NCBI GenBank assembly: GCA_038231155.1
Contig: JBBRLY010000012.1
Location: 645-64,644, forward strand
DNA from: Candidatus Saccharimonadales bacterium
GTDB taxonomy: Bacteria > Patescibacteriota > Saccharimonadia > Saccharimonadales > JANWIN01
Length of the DNA: 64,000 nt
Direction of reading: 5' to 3'
This document shows, one piece after another, positions 54,990-62,921 of the stretch. Positions within the stretch are counted from its first letter, which is position 1. Every line of letters starts with the position of its first letter. Under the pieces are notes generated by a model. That model saw only the letters and a program-made list of their open reading frames with translations. It searched no databases and was not told the DNA's origin. The position numbers and the translations under genes were made by a program.

Positions 54990-57146
54990 ATGGCCAATAA
55001 ATACGCAGTCGTAATACCTAATTGGAATGGTATTGATAGCATTGCTCCATGCTTAGAGTCGCTTCAAAAACAAACCCTGAAGGCTCAGATTATTGTCGTC
55101 GATAATGGTTCAACTGATGATTCAGTGGAGCTGATTAAGCAACAGTTCCCTGGGGTCACGCTTTTAGAACTATCAAGAAATCTGGGGTTTGCAGGTGGTG
55201 TAAACATTGGCATAAATTACGGTCTTGAAAAGAACATTGAATATATTGGCTTATTTAATAATGACGCTGTAGCTGACAAAAGCTGGCTAAAGCACTTGGT
55301 TTCAGAACTAGATAAAAATAACCGTGTTGGTATTGCCACTGGCAAATTGTTAGACGCGGATAGAAAACATATTGATAGTACCGGTGATTTATATACCACT
55401 TGGGGATTACCGTATCCCAGAGGCCGGGGTGAACCGGTAAGCGATAAATATGATAGTGATACCGAAATTTTTGCGGCTTCTGGGGGTGCCAGTTTGTATA
55501 GAGCTGAAATGTTTAGACAAGTTGGTTTATTTGACCAAGACTTTTTTGCTTATTATGAAGATATTGATCTTAGCTTTCGGGCGCAATTGGCTGGTTGGAA
55601 AGTAGCTTACATTCCAAATGCTCTAGCTTTTCATCAAATTGGTGCCACCAGTGGCAAGCTAAAAGGGTTTGTCACTTATCAGACTATTAAAAATTTACCT
55701 TGGTTAATGTGGAAAGATGTTCCGGGGCCACTATTGCCTACCATTTTAGCGCGCTTTAGTATTGCTTATTTATCTTTCGTCATAAGAGCTTTGGGACGAG
55801 GACAGGTTGGGCCGGTTTTTAAGGGAACTCTAGTTTCATTATTACTTTTACCTAAAAAAATAGTTCAGCGCTTTTTTATTCAGCATAATCGAAGTGTTAC
55901 TGCCGACTATATTAAATCAATATTGGTTTTTAACTTGCCACCTAATGCCAGGTGTTTGCGAGCGGTTAGGGCTAAATGGTGGAAACTACGTCATAGAAGC
56001 AAATCCAATCTGCCTGAAGAACTAACGGAGCCCAAGGGGCCTAAAAAAATAGTCATTGACGGGAGAGAGTTACGGACAAGTTCTGGGCGTTATGTCGAAA
56101 GATTATTATATTATCTGGGCAAAATAGATCACCGTCATCGCTATATCGTGCTGCTTAAACCTAAGGACATTGATGATTGGCAACTTCCTGGTGACAACTT
56201 CTCTAAGCTGGCTTGTCCATACAAAGAGTTTACTTTTGCGGAACAATTAGGTTTTCTCAGACAATTGCGGTCGCTTAATGCTCACCTAGTTCACTTTGCA
56301 ATGGTCCAACAGCCGATTTTGTACCAAGGCAAGGTTGTTACGACCATGCAAGATCTGACCACAGCTCGTTTCACAAACCCTAGTAAAAATTTGTTAGTTC
56401 TTAAAATAAAACAGACTGTTTATAGATGGGTTAATAAAATTGCTGCTCGTAAATCTGCCGCTATAATTACTCCTAGTGAATTTGTTAAAGACGATGTGGC
56501 CCGTTTCGCACGTATTAACAGCCGTAAAATCACAGTTACTTACGAAGCTGCCGATCCAATCGACGCTGCAGCTGAATCATTACCAGAACTCGAAGACCTG
56601 CAATTTATCATGTACGTCGGTCGTCCCATGCCTCATAAAAATTTAGAGCGATTAATTGAGGCTTTTAACCTAGTCCGCCAGCAATTTCCGGCCTTAAGAT
56701 TAGTATTAGCCGGTAAACGTGACACGCTTTATAAACAACTTGAGAAGCAAACTGAACAAAAAGGAATTAAGAATGTTATTTTTACCGACTTTGTTAGCGA
56801 AGGTCAACTACGCTGGCTATATGAAAATACGGCAGCTTATGTATTCCCAAGCTTAAGTGAAGGTTTTGGTTTACCTGGTCTGGAAGCTATGATGGCTGGT
56901 GCCCCAGTGGTATCAAGTAATGCCACCTGCCTGCCAGAGGTATATAAAGATGGTGCCGAATATTTCGATCCATTAAGTGTTGACGATATGGCTGCCGCTA
57001 TTAGCCGGGTTTTAGGAGATGATAAGTTACGCCAACAGTTAATTAGCAAAGGCCGCCAGGTGGCCGAGAAATATTCTTGGCAGCGCACTGCCGAAGAAAC
57101 ATTAACTGTCTATAAACAGGTCTTGGACGAACAATCATTAATTTAA
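54990..57146 (+). CDS. bifunctional glycosyltransferase: N-terminal GT2 (rhamnosyltransferase-like) plus C-terminal GT4
   Basis: 718 aa. VVIPNWNG...VVDNGSTDDS...YEDIDLSFR, and C-terminal SEGFGLPGLEAMMAGAPVVSS. Confidence 0.85.
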   Translation: MANKYAVVIPNWNGIDSIAPCLESLQKQTLKAQIIVVDNGSTDDSVELIKQQFPGVTLLELSRNLGFAGGVNIGINYGLEKNIEYIGLFNNDAVADKSWLKHLVSELDKNNRVGIATGKLLDADRKHIDSTGDLYTTWGLPYPRGRGEPVSDKYDSDTEIFAASGGASLYRAEMFRQVGLFDQDFFAYYEDIDLSFRAQLAGWKVAYIPNALAFHQIGATSGKLKGFVTYQTIKNLPWLMWKDVPGPLLPTILARFSIAYLSFVIRALGRGQVGPVFKGTLVSLLLLPKKIVQRFFIQHNRSVTADYIKSILVFNLPPNARCLRAVRAKWWKLRHRSKSNLPEELTEPKGPKKIVIDGRELRTSSGRYVERLLYYLGKIDHRHRYIVLLKPKDIDDWQLPGDNFSKLACPYKEFTFAEQLGFLRQLRSLNAHLVHFAMVQQPILYQGKVVTTMQDLTTARFTNPSKNLLVLKIKQTVYRWVNKIAARKSAAIITPSEFVKDDVARFARINSRKITVTYEAADPIDAAAESLPELEDLQFIMYVGRPMPHKNLERLIEAFNLVRQQFPALRLVLAGKRDTLYKQLEKQTEQKGIKNVIFTDFVSEGQLRWLYENTAAYVFPSLSEGFGLPGLEAMMAGAPVVSSNATCLPEVYKDGAEYFDPLSVDDMAAAISRVLGDDKLRQQLISKGRQVAEKYSWQRTAEETLTVYKQVLDEQSLI

Positions 57147-57556
57147 TAAGCAAAATCAGGTGGTAGGACGTAAAAATTAAGTACAGTTTTGCCGAATTGT
57201 TTAAAGCTACATCGTTCCATAATTTCCCGAGGGTTTGGCCGCTTCCAGACAGCAACTCGTACCTGAACTGGAGTAATATCAATATCTGGTAAATCCTGCC
57301 TCTGATTCATGCCAACTATATTTTTTTGGTCTGCCCAACTTCCACGGCGGTTTATAGCTTTATCATCTACCTTAATCACAACGTCATTGTCTAATGAGAC
57401 CATTGCTCCGAAAACAACTTTGGCGTAAGCCTCCCGTGGATAATCGTGCCATAATTGATTTAAATCACCAGCATGTAATGCCATTGATGAATTTAATTCA
57501 TCATAAGAATTCTTTGGCATTGTTATATCAACAAAACTAAATCTTGATTGTTCCAT
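57143..57556 (-). CDS. hypothetical protein
   Basis: 137 aa, soluble. No motif recognised. Convergent 4-nt overlap with the 718-aa gene. Confidence 0.5.
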   Translation of the reverse strand: MEQSRFSFVDITMPKNSYDELNSSMALHAGDLNQLWHDYPREAYAKVVFGAMVSLDNDVVIKVDDKAINRRGSWADQKNIVGMNQRQDLPDIDITPVQVRVAVWKRPNPREIMERCSFKQFGKTVLNFYVLPPDFAY

Positions 57557-57611
57557 AAAAAATAAAAATATACTTTTTATTACTGTTTAGCAATAGACTG
57601 AGCTGACTAAA

Positions 57612-58082
57612 CTAAGTACTAACTTGTTCTTCTGTTGGTTTTAAGACAATGTGGCGATCGCGACCCTCGCCCTCTGACTCAGTAGTAAGACCATGTTCAC
57701 CAGCAAGTTTATGAATAGTTCGCCTGTCGGCAGCGTTCATTGGTTGCAAGATCTTGGCTTGGCCAGTTTTTTTAACTTCGTCTAGCCAATCTTGGGCCTG
57801 AATCGCCAGCCGATCAGATCGTTGCTTTTTGTAATCAGCAATATCTACACTAACTCGGGTAATTTGATGGCTATTATTTTTAAGAGCGTTACTGACCATA
57901 AACTGAATAGCCCGAAGTGTCTCACCATGTTGGCCAATCAAGAAACCATTTAAATGCGTAGACGGTACATGTAGTTCGATAACCTCATCATCACTGCTGG
58001 TAGCATAAACGTCGGTATTTAACCCAAAAAAAGATAACATATCTTCTAGATATCTTTTAGCATAGATAATGGATTCCTCCAT
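57612..58082 (-). CDS. Jag/KhpB-type RNA-binding protein (KH + R3H domains, no Jag_N)
   Basis: 156 aa. GFLIGQHGETLRAIQ (KH-like GxxG) and R3H-like NAADRRTIHKLAGEHGLTTESEGEG. Located downstream of yidC. Confidence 0.8.
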   Translation of the reverse strand: MEESIIYAKRYLEDMLSFFGLNTDVYATSSDDEVIELHVPSTHLNGFLIGQHGETLRAIQFMVSNALKNNSHQITRVSVDIADYKKQRSDRLAIQAQDWLDEVKKTGQAKILQPMNAADRRTIHKLAGEHGLTTESEGEGRDRHIVLKPTEEQVST

Positions 58083-58085
58083 CGC

Positions 58086-59018
58086 TTAGCGTCTCCGTTT
58101 TTTCTTTGAAGACTTCTTTTTAGGTGACCTTGAATTGTTTTTAGGTTCTGGCTTTTCTATTACTTCGCCTTCAATAACTTTGACTCCACTTTTACTAGGA
58201 GTGTTTTCCATTTCCTGTTCATCCTGGCCTAAAATCTTATACTGTTGGGCATAAGCTACTGCCCCACTAATAAACCAGTAAAGCGATAAGGCCGAGGCAA
58301 TATTAACCGTAATTATAAAGATCATAAATGGTAAGAAATAACGGGTACTGCGACCGACCGCGGCGTTAACCTCACCTTGATCAGCTTGTTTGCCGCTACT
58401 AGCATCTTTTAAGATATTTCGCAGACCCCGACTATCTTTAGGATCGGGTAAAAGCTGTTTAGATTGAAAGTACTGCGTAACGGCACTTAAAATAACAATA
58501 ATCATGGCTGGGAAGTAAATACCACCGGTTTTAGGCAATGCCGCCTTAGTTAAATTAACGATTCCAAATAAACTACTATCAAACCTATGAATATCGCCTG
58601 AAAGTTGCTTAAGCCAGCTTAGGTTATGCAGGACCGGATAGGAAAAGTTAATAATTGCATGGGGGTCGACTACTATCCGGCGCAGACCACTATATAAACC
58701 AATAAATATCGGTATTTGTAATATAATCAGCCCGATGCTACCAAATGGATTAATTTCACGCTCTTTATAGAGTTCCATCAGCATCATCGACTCTTTTTGC
58801 TTATTACCTTTAGATTCAGTCTTTACCCGCTTGATTTCGGGTGCCAGTTCGCGCATGGCTTTGGCTTGATGTAATTGCTTCTTTACCAAAGGCCACATTA
58901 ACAGTCGGATAATTACCGTAAATATAATGATTGCCAGTCCAAAATTATGACCTGGCAAAACGGCATAAATCAACACTAGTAAATTAAAGATCGGTTTAAC
59001 AATTATAGTAGTGAACAT
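58086..59018 (-). CDS. yidC: membrane protein insertase YidC (short, monoderm-type without a large periplasmic domain)
   Basis: 310 aa. GLAIIIFTVIIRLLMWPL, MMLMELYKEREINP, and a basic C-terminal tail. Confidence 0.9.
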   Translation of the reverse strand: MFTTIIVKPIFNLLVLIYAVLPGHNFGLAIIIFTVIIRLLMWPLVKKQLHQAKAMRELAPEIKRVKTESKGNKQKESMMLMELYKEREINPFGSIGLIILQIPIFIGLYSGLRRIVVDPHAIINFSYPVLHNLSWLKQLSGDIHRFDSSLFGIVNLTKAALPKTGGIYFPAMIIVILSAVTQYFQSKQLLPDPKDSRGLRNILKDASSGKQADQGEVNAAVGRSTRYFLPFMIFIITVNIASALSLYWFISGAVAYAQQYKILGQDEQEMENTPSKSGVKVIEGEVIEKPEPKNNSRSPKKKSSKKKRRR

Positions 59019-59100
59019 TTTCCGCTCCTTGGAATATATGATACCTTAGCAGACCCCGGTCATACCAGCCGAAATAGCCCGCTAAGTTTAACAGATATTA

Positions 59101-59451
59101 TTATTTTGTAATAATTTTGGCTTGGGTCAATAGCTGCCCAATCTGGTCGCTTAGTTCTTGGCTGGGTATAACCCCAAGTCCAGGTTTCAACACCGTTATA
59201 ACGATATCGTAAGCTTGGTTAATGCCTGCCTCGTGGCTACGAATAACTTCATAAATTCGGCGTCTTATCCGGTTACGCTGGACTGCCGACTTTTCGGTTT
59301 TTTTACCAATGACAACAGCACATCGGTAAGTTCGGCGGCGCTGATTTAAAAAATAGCGCAGTGTAATAGACGGTCCATGAACATGTCTACCTTGTCGATA
59401 GACAAAGCCTAGACTGCCATAACCATGAAATCGATGTGTTCTTGATAGCAC
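59101..59451 (-). CDS. rnpA: ribonuclease P protein component
   Basis: 116 aa. KKTEKSAVQRNRIRRRIYEVIR (RNR motif). GTG start. Downstream of rpmH. Confidence 0.88.
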   Translation of the reverse strand: MLSRTHRFHGYGSLGFVYRQGRHVHGPSITLRYFLNQRRRTYRCAVVIGKKTEKSAVQRNRIRRRIYEVIRSHEAGINQAYDIVITVLKPGLGVIPSQELSDQIGQLLTQAKIITK

Positions 59452-59516
59452 AATCTAAGAGTACAGAGGTAAGACTTAAGTGACAAGGATAACACTAGCG
59501 ACCGAAGTTTTGATAA

Positions 59517-59654
59517 CTAAGCCGATAATTTAGTTCGCCCCTTAGTGCGGCGGCTTTTAAGAACGTTGCGGCCATCACTAGTAGACATTCGTTTTAAAAA
59601 GCCATGTTTTTTGGCACGAGATCGTTTTTTAGGTTGAAAAGTCCTTTTTGGCAT
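59517..59654 (-). CDS. rpmH: 50S ribosomal protein L34
   Basis: Own translation (not in the ORF track, 45 aa): [45 protein letters not shown]. Confidence 0.92.
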   Translation of the reverse strand: MPKRTFQPKKRSRAKKHGFLKRMSTSDGRNVLKSRRTKGRTKLSA

Positions 59655-59843
59655 ACCCTACAGTGTAACATGCTCTAGCAGTGGTCCTTTTAGTTTTGCA
59701 AAGTCGATTCTTGGAGGGCCATATGTATACTTATTGCAACTAAACTCCAGACCAACCCTAAGTCGTTTATTGCTGCATTGTAAATCAACAGCATAAAGCA
59801 AAGGATTATTGACAGTGTAGGCACATTTTGATACAATACATGC

Positions 59844-60089
59844 ATGAAAAGCATACAATATACAATTCGAGCTATCCCACCAAAAGTTGACCAATCTCTA
59901 AGAACTCGTGCCCGAGAAACCGGCAAAAGTCTTAATGACATTGCAATTGAGGCACTTACAAAAGGCAGTGGAGTTGCGGTGGGAGTGACATTTGATGATT
60001 TAGATTGGTTTATCGGTGGAAAGTCATTGAATAGTTCTTTTGATAAATCAATGGATTGGCTAGATTCTGCGCCTAAGGAAATTAAGTGA
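59844..60089 (+). CDS. vapB: type II antitoxin, Arc/ribbon-helix-helix VapB-like
   Basis: 81 aa. YTIRAIPPKVDQSLRTRARETGKSLNDIAIEAL is RHH-like. GTGA overlap with the PIN gene. Confidence 0.7.
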   Translation: MKSIQYTIRAIPPKVDQSLRTRARETGKSLNDIAIEALTKGSGVAVGVTFDDLDWFIGGKSLNSSFDKSMDWLDSAPKEIK

Positions 60090-60481
60090 TTCCCAAATTG
60101 GCACTTGATACTAACGCTTATAGAGCACTCGATGATGGAAACATAAAACTGGCAAGATTAGTAAAAACGTCACCGTCAATCGGCATACCCATTATTGTTC
60201 TTGGGGAATTATATTTTGGTATATTTGATGGCTCAAAGAAAGAAAATAACGCACTAAGGCTGCGTCAGTTCCTCAACTCATCGAGAGTGGAGATACTACA
60301 TATTAATGAGGGTGCATCAAAGTTATTTGGAGAACTATCTGCACAACTCAAAAAAACAGGTAAACCTATCCAGCAAAATGATATTTGGATTGCAGCTATC
60401 TGTAAACAGTACGGTTATACACTTGCAACGGCTGATAAAGATTTTGAGCGTATAGTTGGACTAGAAGTTATACAATTCTAG
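60086..60481 (+). CDS. vapC: PIN-domain toxin VapC
   Basis: 131 aa. Acidic quartet context LDTNAY, LGELYFG, QNDIWIAA, TADKDF. GTG start. Confidence 0.8.
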   Translation: MIPKLALDTNAYRALDDGNIKLARLVKTSPSIGIPIIVLGELYFGIFDGSKKENNALRLRQFLNSSRVEILHINEGASKLFGELSAQLKKTGKPIQQNDIWIAAICKQYGYTLATADKDFERIVGLEVIQF

Positions 60482-60499
60482 TAACGCATTATAGGATTT

Positions 60500-60999
60500 C
60501 TAAATGAGGGTCTCGTGTATCGCTGTTGCAACTAAACTGATAACTCTGACCTATTTAGTAGCATCAATATCTACTGCCCCGAAATCATTGTTTAGCTTGC
60601 CAATTCTTGTCTTAATACTACACTCCAGCAAGCTTAAGTTTGATATAAAAACATTATTCCCAGGGTTTGCAATATTCGCTCTTGCTTTGTTCCCCAGTTT
60701 TTGTCATCAGCAACCTACCATATAAATGCATTAGTATCCAGCAATAAGATCATTACAAATCACTTTTTACTACTGACACTATCCCACATCGCCATCATTG
60801 GCTCGTCAAAGTCATCACTAACTCAAACTTTACCTTTGAGAGCACCCGGTAGGTGAGGATTTTTAGTTTGCTGTAGTGGCACTAGTTTAGCAACTACCTT
60901 ACCATGTTTGCCTAGTAGTATTTCCTTACCACCGACTGCCTACTCAAGGTATTTGGAGTAGTTCGTTTTGAAGTCGTGTACGTTTACTACATCACTCAT
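60500..60999 (-). pseudogene. decayed Phd/YefM-type antitoxin plus PIN (VapC) toxin cassette
   Basis: Own translation. From ATG at 60999: MSDVVNVHDFKTNYSKYLE*AVGGKEILLGKHGKVVAKLVPLQQ...LKGKV*VSDDFDEP, with in-frame TAG at 60942-60940 and TGA at 60825-60823. From ATG at 60753: MILLLDTNAFIW* with TAG at 60717-60715. After a frameshift it continues NNVFISNLSLLECSIKTRIGKL. The C-terminus is truncated. Confidence 0.75.
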
Positions 61000-61057
61000 A
61001 GATCTATGTAGCAATTCGGACCAAGTTAGTCAGGTAATGAAAAAATACCTGTATGGA

Positions 61058-61256
61058 TTTTACACAAGCAGTGTGGAGAGCCAGACGCGGCGTGAAATTA
61101 ACAATATTTACCCCGCCATTTGTTACAAGTTATCCACCAACCACAGACGATTTTCCACATAATACAAGATAGGGCTTGAGCGTGTGTATAACTTTGTATC
61201 TGTTCGTGAGAGATTTTTTAGCTTAATCAAATAGCAAGCTATATGATTGTGGAAAA
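61058..61256. promoter_or_regulatory. cluster of DnaA-box-like 9-mers upstream of dnaA (candidate oriC / dnaA autoregulatory region)
   Basis: TTTTACACA 61058-61066; TGTGGAGAG 61072-61080; TTATCCACC 61130-61138; TTTTCCACA 61151-61159; TGTGTATAA 61183-61191 (rc TTATACACA); TGTGGAAAA 61248-61256 (rc TTTTCCACA). Confidence 0.65.
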
Positions 61257-61276
61257 CTCACTATTTTCGCTATAGT
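61247..61276 (+). promoter_or_regulatory. candidate sigma70-type dnaA promoter overlapping a DnaA box
   Basis: TTGTGG (61247-61252), 18-nt spacer, TATAGT (61271-61276). 37 nt upstream of the dnaA ATG, with AGGAG SD at ~61299. Confidence 0.35.
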
Positions 61277-61313
61277 AAAGACTAGCAAACTGCAAAAAGG
61301 AGTGAGGGAATTA

Positions 61314-62669
61314 ATGCAAGACGGGTTGTGGCAAGCAGTGCTTGGTGAAATTGAGTTAACAGTTTCGCGAGCCAGTTATATTACTTGGTTTAAAAACACC
61401 CGTTTGTTGCGCCATAAAGACAATATTTTGGTAATTGGCGTACCTAATGTATTTATCAAGCAGCAGTTGGAGCGTAAATTTAACCAGTTAATTACTGATA
61501 CTCTGAAGAAAAATGGCCTTGAACCGGAAAGGGTGGAATACAAGATTCACTCTGGTTCATCCAGCCCACTGTATAAAAAAACGACTGACAACCCAATGGT
61601 TATCACGTCAAGACCGACATCTAAGCCAACTAGCACCCTGACTCATACTTATCGCCAAGGTTTAAATGAGCGTTATACCTTTGAAAACTTCGTGGTTGGA
61701 TCAGGTAACGAACTGGCTTACGCGGCTTGCCAAGCAATTGCTCAAAACCCCGGAACCAAATACAATCCGCTATTTATATATGGCGGTGTTGGAATTGGTA
61801 AAACACACCTAATTCAAGCTGTTGGTAATGCCGTACTGGCTAAGAAACCGTCATCTCATGTGGTCTATATTTCTTCGGAGCAATTTGTCCAGGAATTCTT
61901 AGACGCCATTCGTTACAAAAAAAATACTGATTTCGCTGGTTACTACCGCAGCGCTGATGTTTTGATCGTTGACGATATGCAATTCATTGCTGGTAAAGAA
62001 AAAACCCAGGAAGAGTTTTTCCATACCTTTAACGCTCTGCATCAAGCTAATAAACAAATCATTATTAGTAGCGATAAACCGCCCAAAGAAATACCAACCC
62101 TGGAGGAGCGTCTACGTTCTCGTTTCGCTTGGGGTATGAGTATAGATATGCAAGCACCAGATTTTGAAACCCGCTGCGCCATTATTCAAACTAAAACACT
62201 AGTTCATAGTAAACGCTTACCCCAGTCAGTAGTCGAGTACCTAGCTACCCACGTACAAACCAACATACGCGAGTTAGAAGGCGCCTTAAACCAGTTGCTA
62301 GCCTTCTGCGAAATGAGAGGCTTGGAACCGGATTTAGCGATTGCTACCAGCCTCCTGGGTGCTAGTAAGTCCAGACCTAAGCACCTAAGTGCTAAACAAG
62401 TTGTCGAACGAACGGCTCGCCATTACCAGATTACGATTGATGAAATCTTGGGCCCTAAACGCGATAAAGATATTGTGGTACCCAGACAAGTAGCTATGTA
62501 TATGCTACGTAGTGAACTGCATCTTAGTTTCCCTAAAATCGCCCGCGAACTGGGACGCAAAGACCATACCACGGCCATTCATTCAGTTGAAAAAATCGAG
62601 AAAGAATCGGCAATTGATGCAGATATTAGGGCGGCAATTGCCGAAATCAAGGAGCGATTATATGCCTAA
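61314..62669 (+). CDS. dnaA: chromosomal replication initiator protein DnaA
   Basis: Walker A GGVGIGKTHL, box VII, and C-terminal HTH KDHTTAIHSVEKI. The track start at 61302 is GTG; I prefer the ATG at 61314 (MQDGLWQAVLGEIE). Confidence 0.93.
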   Translation: MQDGLWQAVLGEIELTVSRASYITWFKNTRLLRHKDNILVIGVPNVFIKQQLERKFNQLITDTLKKNGLEPERVEYKIHSGSSSPLYKKTTDNPMVITSRPTSKPTSTLTHTYRQGLNERYTFENFVVGSGNELAYAACQAIAQNPGTKYNPLFIYGGVGIGKTHLIQAVGNAVLAKKPSSHVVYISSEQFVQEFLDAIRYKKNTDFAGYYRSADVLIVDDMQFIAGKEKTQEEFFHTFNALHQANKQIIISSDKPPKEIPTLEERLRSRFAWGMSIDMQAPDFETRCAIIQTKTLVHSKRLPQSVVEYLATHVQTNIRELEGALNQLLAFCEMRGLEPDLAIATSLLGASKSRPKHLSAKQVVERTARHYQITIDEILGPKRDKDIVVPRQVAMYMLRSELHLSFPKIARELGRKDHTTAIHSVEKIEKESAIDADIRAAIAEIKERLYA

Positions 62670-62672
62670 GAT

Positions 62673-62920
62673 TGTGTACAACGCTAGTAAAAGCAGTGCT
62701 CAACTTTGGATAAGCCATGGCCTTTTACACATTCTAAAATTACAATCGTTTTTAAGAGTGCATATATACTGGTACTTATACAGCTTTTTAAACAGGCAGC
62801 CTGGCTTTGTACCACTACTCTTAACAAACAAATTCTATCTATTAAATCAACCTTTATACCCATCTTCCACAACCCTTATAACTAATACTACTAAGTTTAA
62901 TAAATATATAGTAGGAATAA
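62673..62920. promoter_or_regulatory. dnaA-dnaN spacer with further DnaA-box-like 9-mers and an AT-rich tract (candidate second origin half / unwinding element)
   Basis: TGTGTACAA 62673-62681; TTTGGATAA 62705-62713 (rc TTATCCAAA); TTTTACACA 62723-62731; TCTTCCACA 62863-62871; AT-rich 62880-62920 (aataaatatatagtaggaataat). Confidence 0.45.
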
Positions 62921-62921
62921 T

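Noticed and set aside
59658-59941. 78-aa and 83-aa minus-strand ORFs between rpmH and vapB.
   Set aside because: They overlap the vapB start and the divergent promoter region. They are Cys-rich and low-complexity and have no SD.
60504-60725. 73-aa plus-strand ORF downstream of vapC.
   Set aside because: It is the antisense reading of the decayed VapC pseudogene. The minus strand shows clear PIN-domain homology interrupted by stops.
60968-61162. 64-aa plus-strand ORF in the region upstream of dnaA.
   Set aside because: It starts antisense to the Phd-like pseudogene start and runs through the DnaA-box cluster. There is no SD or motif support.
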